Below are positions 56,437 to 64,000 of a DNA stretch of 64,000 bases, in pieces (the first letter of the stretch is position 1; each line of letters starts with the position of its first letter). Source of the DNA: an uncultured SAR86 cluster bacterium (GTDB taxonomy: Bacteria; Pseudomonadota; Gammaproteobacteria; Magnimaribacterales; D2472). The translations under genes and the position numbers were made by a program. The stretch covers positions 40,302 to 104,301 of the forward strand of contig CACLMT010000003.1 in the NCBI GenBank assembly GCA_902608115.1, given 5' to 3'. Under the pieces are notes generated by a model. That model worked only from the letters and a program-made list of their open reading frames with translations, ran no database searches and was not told the origin of the DNA.

Positions 56437-57558
56437 TTAAACTCCAGCGCCCCCTTCAAAGATCCCTATAGCCCTTAAATTTCTATACCAAAGCTCAACT
56501 GGATGTTCATGAGTAAAGCCATGACCTCCGAGCAACTGCACGCCATCCGTTCCAATCTTCATAGCGTAATGAGCAGCAAAACGATTGGTAAGCGATGATT
56601 GTTTATGGAAATCTTCGCCTAAATCTTTTAAAGCTGATGCTTTATACACCATCAAACGAAGTGCTTCTATTTCAATAGCCATATCAGCAATTAAAAAAGC
56701 AACAGATTGTCGATTGGAGATTGGCTCATCAAAAGCTATCCTTTCGTTGGTATAAGGCACCACATAATCCAATACTGCCTGACAAACACCAACAGCCATT
56801 GCGGCCATACCAATTCTAGTTGAATCTATTAAAGATTCATAATTCAATGAATAATTATGACCGCCTAATGTTTGAGAAGATTTAATTTTGCAATTTTTTA
56901 ATGAAATCTCACACCAAGAATTAGTTTTTAAACCCATAAATTCTTTGGTTTCAATTTGTACACCAGCCATATCCTTTTGTACAAAATATAAATTACAATC
57001 GCCTTGATCGTTTGAGCCTGAAATTAAAAATACTTCAGCATCTTCTCCATAAGCAATTCCTGTTTTTGAGCCATTTAAAATTAATTCATCTCCATTGTCT
57101 TTGACAGAAACGCTTGACTGATAAGTATCCACTAATGCATTTGTATTATTTATCCCTAGACCAACATGAAACATTGAACCAGAAGAAAATTTAGTTAGAT
57201 AATCTTCTTTCTGGTCTTCACTACCATGATCAGAAATAATACTAGCTGTTAGTAAAGGCAATGAAACTGACATCGCTAAAGATAAATCACCATAAGCCAA
57301 TGCTTCAAGAGAAATTGCCCGTGAAACAGAGTCTTGTTTAAGACCCATGCCCCCAAATTGCTCTGGAATAATCAGCGAAACTAAATCAAGGGCTTTAAAC
57401 TTTTCTAGCAAATCTTTTGAAGGCATTCCATCTTCTTCAGCTTTACGAGCATTTGGTCGCATTTCCAATTCAGCAAATTTTTTTAATGTATCCCAAGTCA
57501 TTTGCTGTTCTTCAGTTAATCTGATATCAAAAGGATGTTCAGTTTTGTAATCCTGCAT
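56437..57558 (-). CDS. Acyl-CoA dehydrogenase-family protein lacking the canonical FAD-binding motif (candidate non-FAD partner subunit)
   Basis: The 373-aa ORF has the ACAD fold throughout. Where TE..AGSD is expected the sequence is GLGINNTNALVD. The protein ends right after IFEGGAGV, so the last helix is missing. Confidence 0.75.
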   Translation of the reverse strand: MQDYKTEHPFDIRLTEEQQMTWDTLKKFAELEMRPNARKAEEDGMPSKDLLEKFKALDLVSLIIPEQFGGMGLKQDSVSRAISLEALAYGDLSLAMSVSLPLLTASIISDHGSEDQKEDYLTKFSSGSMFHVGLGINNTNALVDTYQSSVSVKDNGDELILNGSKTGIAYGEDAEVFLISGSNDQGDCNLYFVQKDMAGVQIETKEFMGLKTNSWCEISLKNCKIKSSQTLGGHNYSLNYESLIDSTRIGMAAMAVGVCQAVLDYVVPYTNERIAFDEPISNRQSVAFLIADMAIEIEALRLMVYKASALKDLGEDFHKQSSLTNRFAAHYAMKIGTDGVQLLGGHGFTHEHPVELWYRNLRAIGIFEGGAGV

Positions 57559-57659
57559 TAAAAGTTAATCCTGAGATTTAAATAAGTTACGTCATTTTAA
57601 CACTTGTAAATCCAATATGCTGTGTGAAGATAGTAACCAAGTAAAATTAAATTTAGAAA

Positions 57660-58313
57660 ATGAACAAAGCTGAAAGAGCTGCTATTGTCTTTAAAATTTT
57701 AGAAAAGAATTACCCGAAAACACCCGTGCCTCTTAGGCATACGAATAACTATACTTTGTTGATTGCCGTTTTACTCTCGGCTCAATGCACTGATGAAAGA
57801 GTGAACCAAATAACTCCAAAACTTTTTACCTTAGCAGACAACCCAAAAGATATGTCTAAACAAACCCCTGAAACAATTTATGAGATTATCAAGCCATGTG
57901 GACTGGGTCCTCAAAAATCAAAAGCTATTATTGAACTTTCTTGTATGCTACAAAATTTATACGATGGTAAAGTTCCTAAAGATATTAAGGCTTTAGAGAA
58001 ACTTCCTGGCGTTGGTCATAAGACAGCATCAGTTGTTATCAGTCAGGGGTTTGGTCAGCCAGCATTTCCTGTTGATACACATATCCATAGACTTGCACAG
58101 AGATGGGGCCTAACAAAAGGTAAGAATGTTAAAGAAACTGAAGAAGATTTAAAAAAACTGTTTCCAGAAGAATCTTGGAATAAGCTTCATTTACAAATTA
58201 TTTTTTGGGGAAGAGAATTTTGCCCAGCTAGGCAATGTTATGGACTTGAATGTGAAATTTGTAAAGCGACTTATCCAAAAAGATCTCGACCTTTTTCCCA
58301 CAAAAAGCCATAG
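57660..58313 (+). CDS. nth: Endonuclease III (DNA glycosylase/AP lyase)
   Basis: The 217-aa ORF has LIAVLLSAQCTDERVN, the HhH motif LPGVGHKTA, VDTHIHR and a C-terminal four-Cys cluster. Confidence 0.85.
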   Translation: MNKAERAAIVFKILEKNYPKTPVPLRHTNNYTLLIAVLLSAQCTDERVNQITPKLFTLADNPKDMSKQTPETIYEIIKPCGLGPQKSKAIIELSCMLQNLYDGKVPKDIKALEKLPGVGHKTASVVISQGFGQPAFPVDTHIHRLAQRWGLTKGKNVKETEEDLKKLFPEESWNKLHLQIIFWGREFCPARQCYGLECEICKATYPKRSRPFSHKKP

Positions 58314-58374
58314 ATAATTTAAAATAAGCATTTCCGATCACATAAAAAATTAATTTATATATTTGGATTAACCA

Positions 58375-59649
58375 ATGAAATCAAAAGCCGATTCAATTTT
58401 TTCTAATAGCCAATCAATTAAGAGCTATGATTCTGATTTATGGCAAGCTTTAAGAAATGAGTCAATTAGACAAGAAGAACATATTGAGCTGATCGCATCA
58501 GAAAACTACGCAAGTAAAAGGGTAATGGAGGCTCAGGGGACTATTCTAACCAATAAGTATGCTGAAGGTTATCCGAATAAAAGATATTACGGAGGCTGTG
58601 AAAATGTAGATGTTGCTGAAGAATTAGCAATTGATAGAGCAAAAAAATTATTTGGAGCAGACTATGTAAATGTCCAGCCTCACTCTGGATCTTCAGCAAA
58701 CACTGCTGCATTCTTAGCTTTGCTGGAGCCCAATGATACTATTTTAGGAATGAGCCTTGATCATGGTGGACATTTAACTCATGGAGCCAAAGTAAACTTT
58801 TCAGGGAAGAACTATAATGCATTTCAATATGGGCTACATCCTGAAACTCATGATATTGATTATGCTCAAGTCAGAGATCTAGCTAAAAAACATAATCCAA
58901 AAATGATAATAGCTGGATTTTCTGCTTTTTCTGGAATTGTGGATTGGAAAATTTTTAGAGAGATATGTGATGAAGTGGGAGCCTATTTACTGGTAGATAT
59001 GGCTCATGTATCTGGTCTTATTGCTGCAGGACTTTACCCTTCTCCCATTCCCCATGCAGACGTAGTAACATCAACAACCCATAAAACCTTAAGAGGACCC
59101 CGCTCAGGCATTATCCTTGCAAGAGGAAATGAAACTCTTGAAAAAAAATTAAATTCTGCAGTATTTCCTGGCTCTCAAGGGGGTCCATTAATGCATGTCA
59201 TTGCTGCAAAAGCAGTATGTTTCAAAGAAGCGCTTGAACCAGAATTTAAAATCTATACTCAAAAAGTTATAGATCATGCAAAGCTTATGTGTGAGATCAT
59301 TCAAGATCGTGGGATTGATGTAGTTACAGGCAAAACTGATAATCATATAGTACTAGTAGATCTTAGAAGCAAAGATCTTACTGGCAAAGATTGTGAACTT
59401 GCTCTAGGTCAAGCAAATATTACTGCCAATAAAAATACTGTTCCGAACGATCCTCAATCTCCATTTGTAACATCAGGTATTAGATTAGGAACTGCAGCAG
59501 TGACAACTCGAGGGTTTGGAATGAATGAAATTGAAAAATTAAGTAACTGGATATGTGATATTGTTCTTAATTTAGATAATAAAGATCAAATTCAAAAAAT
59601 AAAAAATGAAGTAATAAGTATGTGCAAAAATTTTCCTGTATATAAATAA
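58375..59649 (+). CDS. glyA: Serine hydroxymethyltransferase
   Basis: The 424-aa ORF has [21 protein letters not shown] and [12 protein letters not shown] (the PLP lysine). Confidence 0.95.
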   Translation: MKSKADSIFSNSQSIKSYDSDLWQALRNESIRQEEHIELIASENYASKRVMEAQGTILTNKYAEGYPNKRYYGGCENVDVAEELAIDRAKKLFGADYVNVQPHSGSSANTAAFLALLEPNDTILGMSLDHGGHLTHGAKVNFSGKNYNAFQYGLHPETHDIDYAQVRDLAKKHNPKMIIAGFSAFSGIVDWKIFREICDEVGAYLLVDMAHVSGLIAAGLYPSPIPHADVVTSTTHKTLRGPRSGIILARGNETLEKKLNSAVFPGSQGGPLMHVIAAKAVCFKEALEPEFKIYTQKVIDHAKLMCEIIQDRGIDVVTGKTDNHIVLVDLRSKDLTGKDCELALGQANITANKNTVPNDPQSPFVTSGIRLGTAAVTTRGFGMNEIEKLSNWICDIVLNLDNKDQIQKIKNEVISMCKNFPVYK

Positions 59650-60128
59650 TGTTCTGTCCATTCTGTCAAGCTCAAGATACTAAAGTTATTGATTCAAGGC
59701 TTGTTGGAGATGGTTCTCAAATTCGTAGAAGAAGAAAATGTGAGGTCTGCCATGCTAGATTTACAACTTTTGAAACAGCTGACCTAGCTTTACCTAGAAT
59801 TATTAAGAGCGATGGTGAGCGTCAGCCCTTCAATGGTGTCAAGTTAAAAGCTGGCATGTTAAGAGCCCTTGAAAAAAGGCCTTTGTCATCAGAAGAAGTA
59901 GATGGTTTATTTGGAAGCATCTTAACTGAGATTCGCCAACTAGGCGAAAGAGAAATTAAATCACGTCAATTGGGTGAAATTGTAATGAGGAACCTAAAAA
60001 AAATTGACCAAGTTGCATACGTTAGATTCGCCTCAGTCTACAGAGATTTTCAAGATATAGATGAATTTGCTCAAGAAATTTCTACTCTAACCAAGGAGAC
60101 CAAAAAAAAATCCTCTAAAAAGAAATAA
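59649..60128 (+). CDS. nrdR: Transcriptional repressor NrdR
   Basis: The 159-aa ORF has the zinc ribbon MFCPFC...VIDSR...RRRR.C..C..RFTT.E and an ATP-cone. Confidence 0.9.
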   Translation: MFCPFCQAQDTKVIDSRLVGDGSQIRRRRKCEVCHARFTTFETADLALPRIIKSDGERQPFNGVKLKAGMLRALEKRPLSSEEVDGLFGSILTEIRQLGEREIKSRQLGEIVMRNLKKIDQVAYVRFASVYRDFQDIDEFAQEISTLTKETKKKSSKKK

Positions 60129-60136
60129 AAGATATT

Positions 60137-60556
60137 GTGAGTAAAAATCTTAGTAAATATAAAAAAGAGTTGAAAACTCGAGAATGTTTAGTTCAAGCTA
60201 TTTATCAATTTATTTTTCAAAGTACACCCATGCATTTTTTAATTGAACAATTCTTAAATGAAAACTCTTCAAAAAATATCAACTATGAATACTTTAAAGA
60301 AAGACTAGAGCATATCTATGCTCAATCTAATAGCCTAAAAAAAATTACCAGGAATGCAAAAAATCTAGAAGAAGAAAGTATTGAAATGATTGATGAAGCA
60401 ATTATTTGGCTGGGTATTGTTGAAATTAAAGCAGATAATTTACCTCAAGCTGTCGTCATAGATGAATGTATACGATTAGCAAAAAAGTTTTCGAACCCAA
60501 ACTCATTTAAGTTCATAAATGCAAAACTTGATGGTTGGCTCAAAGAAAATTCATGA
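60137..60556 (+). CDS. nusB: Transcription antitermination factor NusB
   Basis: The 139-aa ORF has a GTG start, RECLVQAIYQ near the N-terminus and a C-terminal FINAKLD-type motif. It follows nrdR; the usual ribD/ribH neighbours are absent here. Confidence 0.75.
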   Translation: MSKNLSKYKKELKTRECLVQAIYQFIFQSTPMHFLIEQFLNENSSKNINYEYFKERLEHIYAQSNSLKKITRNAKNLEEESIEMIDEAIIWLGIVEIKADNLPQAVVIDECIRLAKKFSNPNSFKFINAKLDGWLKENS

Positions 60557-60563
60557 TTATCCC

Positions 60564-62795
60564 TTAAGAAGAATAATTTAGAAATATTGGGCTAGACCAA
60601 GCCCTATGTTCTGCAGGTGCTATACACTCTCCACGATTTTTATGAATTCCTACCCTACATATTTCTGCACTAATACATTGACCATTCTCATCAAATTCAC
60701 AACCTAATGGATCAGCAGAAAGCGTTGAAGACTCTTCTTCAATTGCTCGCACATAATATATTGCATCACGACGACCAGTTGAAAAATCTTCATCTTCAAA
60801 AGAAATTTTACAAGTAGTTTTGTTGCATGCGAAGGATTTCCAAACATCTTTAACTAAACCCTGAACGGGCTCATTCTCAAACTGTTGTGGCAAAATCTTA
60901 ATAACCTCAATGCGAGAAATTAAACGCCTTTCATTGCTTGGGTTGTAACATTCCGAATTACAAATTTTCTCTAATCTCTCTTTAGAAAGGCTATCATTAC
61001 TATAATCGGGGCATCCAGGTATTTGTTTCAAAGATCCAGCAGCCCTTACTATAAATACAGGAGATTGTTTTGAATTAATTTCCGAACCCATTGGTAATAT
61101 ATCTGATCCCGTTTTGGCATCAAACCATAATAAAATTCTTGGACCAGAAGTAGCATATACTTCTTTCTTTTCAAGAGCATCCCAAATAGACTGCCGGTCT
61201 CGTGAAGTTGCATGGGCTGCAACTAAACCACCTGACATAAAATATGCACTTTGTCTTTCTGAATCGGTTGCAATATTTAAATCCATAATACTTGTAAGGG
61301 TTCTTTCGCCTAAATTTAAATAAGTTGAGGTTAACTTTCCTTTCTCTCTACTTAGATCACTTAGTAAATTAAAAAACTTACTATTAAAACCATTTGCCTC
61401 AGTATTATAAAGACGATCAATTTCTTTATATCCTGTACCAGGTCTGGCTCCATGATTATCACTAGATCCAATAAAACCAAATTTAAAACTCTTAGGATTC
61501 TCTTTATTTGCAAAATCTCTCAAGGCTAAAACATATTGGGCGGAACCAAGGGGTCTATAATTAAATGACGGTAAAAAGCAATCGTTACATTGACCAGCAT
61601 TTAAAAACTCATTTGGATGAGCTTCATTAACTGAAAGATGCGCAGAGCTACCCATGTTTACTGCATTGGACTTAACCAAGTTTACTAAGTCATTGCAGGC
61701 ATCCGCATCCATACCAGAATCCTGGCATCTTAAAGCCATAATCTTTCCTGCTTGCTGACATGTGGGTAAAAAATCCTCTGTAACTTTTGGACAAAATAAA
61801 TTACCACTTTGATCAATTGCCGCATCATTCCAAGAACGATATTCTTCAGAATTTCCATGACCTGAATAAATTTCAAATAAAAATTGTGAATCATCATCTT
61901 GAAAGTTTTGAAGTTGTTTTTTCCAATCTGCGGTTGCAGGAGTGTAATAACCCCATGTAGTTCCATGAGGTATAACCATGTATGGGGTCTCCCATGCTTT
62001 CAATTTCTTAAATAAAATATTTGGATCTTCTGCTTCTTCATAACAATTTATAGGTAAATCTTTCGTTTCAACATCCTTAGAGCAAATGGGGGTATCTTTT
62101 ATCTCTTCAAAAAATTTATTAAATGCAAAAAATCTGTCTCTATTTTTTAGATCTAAAGTTGCTGGTAAAGCAGACATAGTCCAAGGCAATCCAAGACGCA
62201 TAACAAGCGGAGCTAATCCCCCTGAACCAATAGCTCTAGGAGGAACTAAAACATCATCTGTCTCTAAAAACATTACATTTTTATGGCCAAAATGAGTATC
62301 TGGATTTCTGTCAACTTGGGTCCACTCCCAACCCAAAAAACTAACTAAATCATTACTCCCCTGAGATAAATTATTACATTGTTGGATACTCTTTTTAGTA
62401 TCGAGCCATTTTCTAGGAGTACTAGCTTCTGCGTGATCATTAATAGACCAAAAATCTAATGAAGAACAAAATCTTGCAAAATCACATGCATCAGCTATAG
62501 GGGACGCTCCTTTACCATTTAAAAATGGGAGTGACCACATAAAAGCATCTGTTGAGTAAGTAGTATGCACATGCAAGTCACCAAAAAGGATCTGCTTTTC
62601 ATCTGAAATACTTAATTTATCTTTAACTAAATTTATTTTTGAAGCTTTATCTTTTAAAACCTCCACGGGCAATGCTTTTCCTTTAATAGTTCCAGGGCCA
62701 TCTAAAGCCCCGAATTGCTTGAAAAGTGCTCCTACAAAGAAAATAGAAAAACTAAAAATAAATAATAATAAAATTGAAAGTATAAATTTTTTCAT
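60564..62795 (-). CDS. Secreted DUF3604-like protein (PHP-like metal-dependent hydrolase fold), Cys-rich
   Basis: The 743-aa ORF has a signal/anchor (MKKFILSILLLFIFSFSIFFVGA), then FGDLHVHTTYSTDAF and CDFARFCSSLDFWSINDHAE, the HxH and DH metal motifs typical of DUF3604 as recalled. Many Cys residues are scattered through the protein. Confidence 0.6.
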   Translation of the reverse strand: MKKFILSILLLFIFSFSIFFVGALFKQFGALDGPGTIKGKALPVEVLKDKASKINLVKDKLSISDEKQILFGDLHVHTTYSTDAFMWSLPFLNGKGASPIADACDFARFCSSLDFWSINDHAEASTPRKWLDTKKSIQQCNNLSQGSNDLVSFLGWEWTQVDRNPDTHFGHKNVMFLETDDVLVPPRAIGSGGLAPLVMRLGLPWTMSALPATLDLKNRDRFFAFNKFFEEIKDTPICSKDVETKDLPINCYEEAEDPNILFKKLKAWETPYMVIPHGTTWGYYTPATADWKKQLQNFQDDDSQFLFEIYSGHGNSEEYRSWNDAAIDQSGNLFCPKVTEDFLPTCQQAGKIMALRCQDSGMDADACNDLVNLVKSNAVNMGSSAHLSVNEAHPNEFLNAGQCNDCFLPSFNYRPLGSAQYVLALRDFANKENPKSFKFGFIGSSDNHGARPGTGYKEIDRLYNTEANGFNSKFFNLLSDLSREKGKLTSTYLNLGERTLTSIMDLNIATDSERQSAYFMSGGLVAAHATSRDRQSIWDALEKKEVYATSGPRILLWFDAKTGSDILPMGSEINSKQSPVFIVRAAGSLKQIPGCPDYSNDSLSKERLEKICNSECYNPSNERRLISRIEVIKILPQQFENEPVQGLVKDVWKSFACNKTTCKISFEDEDFSTGRRDAIYYVRAIEEESSTLSADPLGCEFDENGQCISAEICRVGIHKNRGECIAPAEHRAWSSPIFLNYSS

Positions 62796-62818
62796 CCTTC
62801 CCCCCGGGGTTATAACTT

Positions 62819-64000
62819 TTAGCTCTTATAAATGGTCTGATCTCTAGACGGTCCAACAGAAATAATATCTACTGGGCATCTCAAATAAGTTTCAATGAAT
62901 AGTATATATTCCTGAGCTTCTTTGGGTAAATCTGTAAAAGTTTTAATATTAGAAATTTGCGTTTTCCAACCTATAAATGTTTTATAAATAGGATCCTGGT
63001 TTTCATCATAATCAATACAAATTTTTATTTCTTTAAATCTATCCAACACATCCAATTTTGTAACACAAAGGCTGGTAACAGAGTTTACAAACATAATTTT
63101 TTCTAATGCTTTTAAATCTAGCCATCCACATCTTCTAGGTCTTCCAGTAGTAGCGCCAAACTCATGCCCTATTTTTGCAAGCTGTTTAGCATTTTCATCA
63201 AATAATTCTGTTGGAAAAGGACCCTCGCCCACTCTTGTTGTATAAGCTTTAGTAATTCCTAAAATAGAATCTATATATTTTGGACCTATCCCTAGGCCTG
63301 TTAAAAGACCTCCGGCTGTTGTACTCGAAGAAGTAACATATGGATATGTTCCATGATCTATATCTAGCATTGATCCCTGAGCGCCTTCAAAAATAATTTT
63401 TTTATTATCTTGAACCCATTCGCTTAACAGTTCTTGCGTTGGGGTATGAAATTTATCATACAATTTTTGATGCTCTACTAACTCTTCTTCAACATCTTTA
63501 AATGGCACAGGATCTGAATCATATAAATGCATTAAGATTTTATTATGATACTCAACTAATATTTTTAATTTAGGTTTAAGGAATGAAAGGTCTTTTAAAT
63601 CGCCAAAGCGAATTGCCCTTCTAGCAACTTTATCCTCATATGCTGGACCGACGCCTTTACCAGTGGTACCAATTCCCTCGGACTTGTCCCTAACTTTATC
63701 AATTTGAATATGTGTTGGTAGAATTAGACAACAATCATTACTAATATAAAAACGATCTTTAAAATTAATTCCGCTCTTTTCTAGCTCTAAAATTTCTTCT
63801 GATAATGCTCTTAAAGATAAGACAAGCCCATTACCCAAGACACAATCAATTGATGGATGAAGGATGCCTGATGGCACTAGATGTAAGACTTTCTCTTCAC
63901 CGTCAACTTTTATTGTATGTCCTGCATTGTGACCACCCTGAAATCTACAAACTACTTCAGAATTTTCAGCAAGAGCATCTACGATTTTTCCCTTTCCTTC
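62819..64000 (-). CDS. purA: Adenylosuccinate synthetase (partial; N-terminus lies beyond the window edge)
   Basis: The track ORF starts at an internal GTG (63877). The frame stays open to nt 64000, reading EGKGKIVDALAENSEVVCRFQGGHNAGHTIKVDGEEKVLHLVPSG, the PurA P-loop region. GIGTTGKGVGPAYEDKVARR is also present. Confidence 0.9.
   Translation of the reverse strand, partial: EGKGKIVDALAENSEVVCRFQGGHNAGHTIKVDGEEKVLHLVPSGILHPSIDCVLGNGLVLSLRALSEEILELEKSGINFKDRFYISNDCCLILPTHIQIDKVRDKSEGIGTTGKGVGPAYEDKVARRAIRFGDLKDLSFLKPKLKILVEYHNKILMHLYDSDPVPFKDVEEELVEHQKLYDKFHTPTQELLSEWVQDNKKIIFEGAQGSMLDIDHGTYPYVTSSSTTAGGLLTGLGIGPKYIDSILGITKAYTTRVGEGPFPTELFDENAKQLAKIGHEFGATTGRPRRCGWLDLKALEKIMFVNSVTSLCVTKLDVLDRFKEIKICIDYDENQDPIYKTFIGWKTQISNIKTFTDLPKEAQEYILFIETYLRCPVDIISVGPSRDQTIYKS

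Noticed and set aside
771-62295. Short track ORFs nested inside larger genes. These are 771-1040, 6497-6718, 7082-7372, 8715-8927, 9371-9610, 9688-9945, 24359-24598, 26571-26780, 31165-31398, 32728-32943, 34845-35045, 38375-38590, 41464-41688, 41914-42102, 42783-43091, 43317-43676, 45936-46154, 47646-47852, 47788-47979, 51589-51861, 55625-55810, 56023-56280, 57347-57550, 61114-61323, 61730-61966 and 62086-62295.
   Set aside because: Each lies inside, antisense to or out of frame with, a long ORF of clear family identity. Their translations are low-complexity (S/L/I/F/K-rich) and have no recognisable motifs, which is expected noise in AT-rich DNA.
62800-62809. CCCCCCGGGG run between the purA stop and the DUF3604-like start. 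It is conspicuous in AT-rich DNA and was considered as a terminator or regulatory hairpin.
   Set aside because: A self-complementary run with no loop cannot form a stable terminator hairpin, and no T-tract follows it. On the minus strand it reads GGGGGGAAGGATG, so it most likely just supplies a purine-rich ribosome-binding region.

Overview
This is a very AT-rich, extremely gene-dense chromosomal segment, with most genes abutting or overlapping by 1-25 nt. It appears to come from a streamlined gammaproteobacterium. The orders gyrA-serC-pheA-hisC-tyrA-aroA-cmk-rpsA-ihfB and uvrC-pgsA-tRNA(Cys)-tRNA(Leu) match the Pseudomonas/enteric synteny pattern. The low GC, a large TonB-dependent receptor and the acyl-CoA dehydrogenases suggest a marine SAR86-like lineage; that is inference only.

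Positions 1-15.5 kb form an accessory surface-polysaccharide locus, all on the minus strand. It is headed by an RfaH-like NusG paralog and a MarR-type EPS regulator. The leader carries an ops-like motif and tandem near-palindromic 14-mers. Downstream come tRNA-Cys, tRNA-Leu, Wzz, GalE, an MsbA-type ABC exporter, neuA/neuB/neuC homologs, an acetamidino module (PP-loop amidotransferase plus HisF-like and HisH-like), a Cst-II-like candidate nonulosonic-acid transferase, and pseC/pseG/pseH/pseI.

The other ~48 kb is core housekeeping: aromatic amino acid synthesis, gyrA, split transhydrogenase pntAA/AB/B, ubiG, scpAB, xseB-ispA-dxs, ribA, pgpA, thiL, glyA, nrdR, nusB and purA.

Several embedded items are worth a second look:
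- An orphan phage-type replication pair (a protein with a duplicated DnaT-like domain plus a lambda-P-like protein) sits inside a housekeeping gene string.
- An RND pump has a hairpin-less adaptor and no outer-membrane factor gene.
- Two translationally coupled acyl-CoA dehydrogenase genes lie next to a TonB receptor and a thiolase; one of them lacks the FAD motif.
- Ribosomal protein S1 has only five domains.
- ihfA-like and ihfB genes are in tandem.
- A secreted Cys-rich DUF3604-like protein is present.

I saw no CRISPR array, IS element, integrase or rRNA. All homology statements come from reading the translations and from recalled family motifs. No database search was run.
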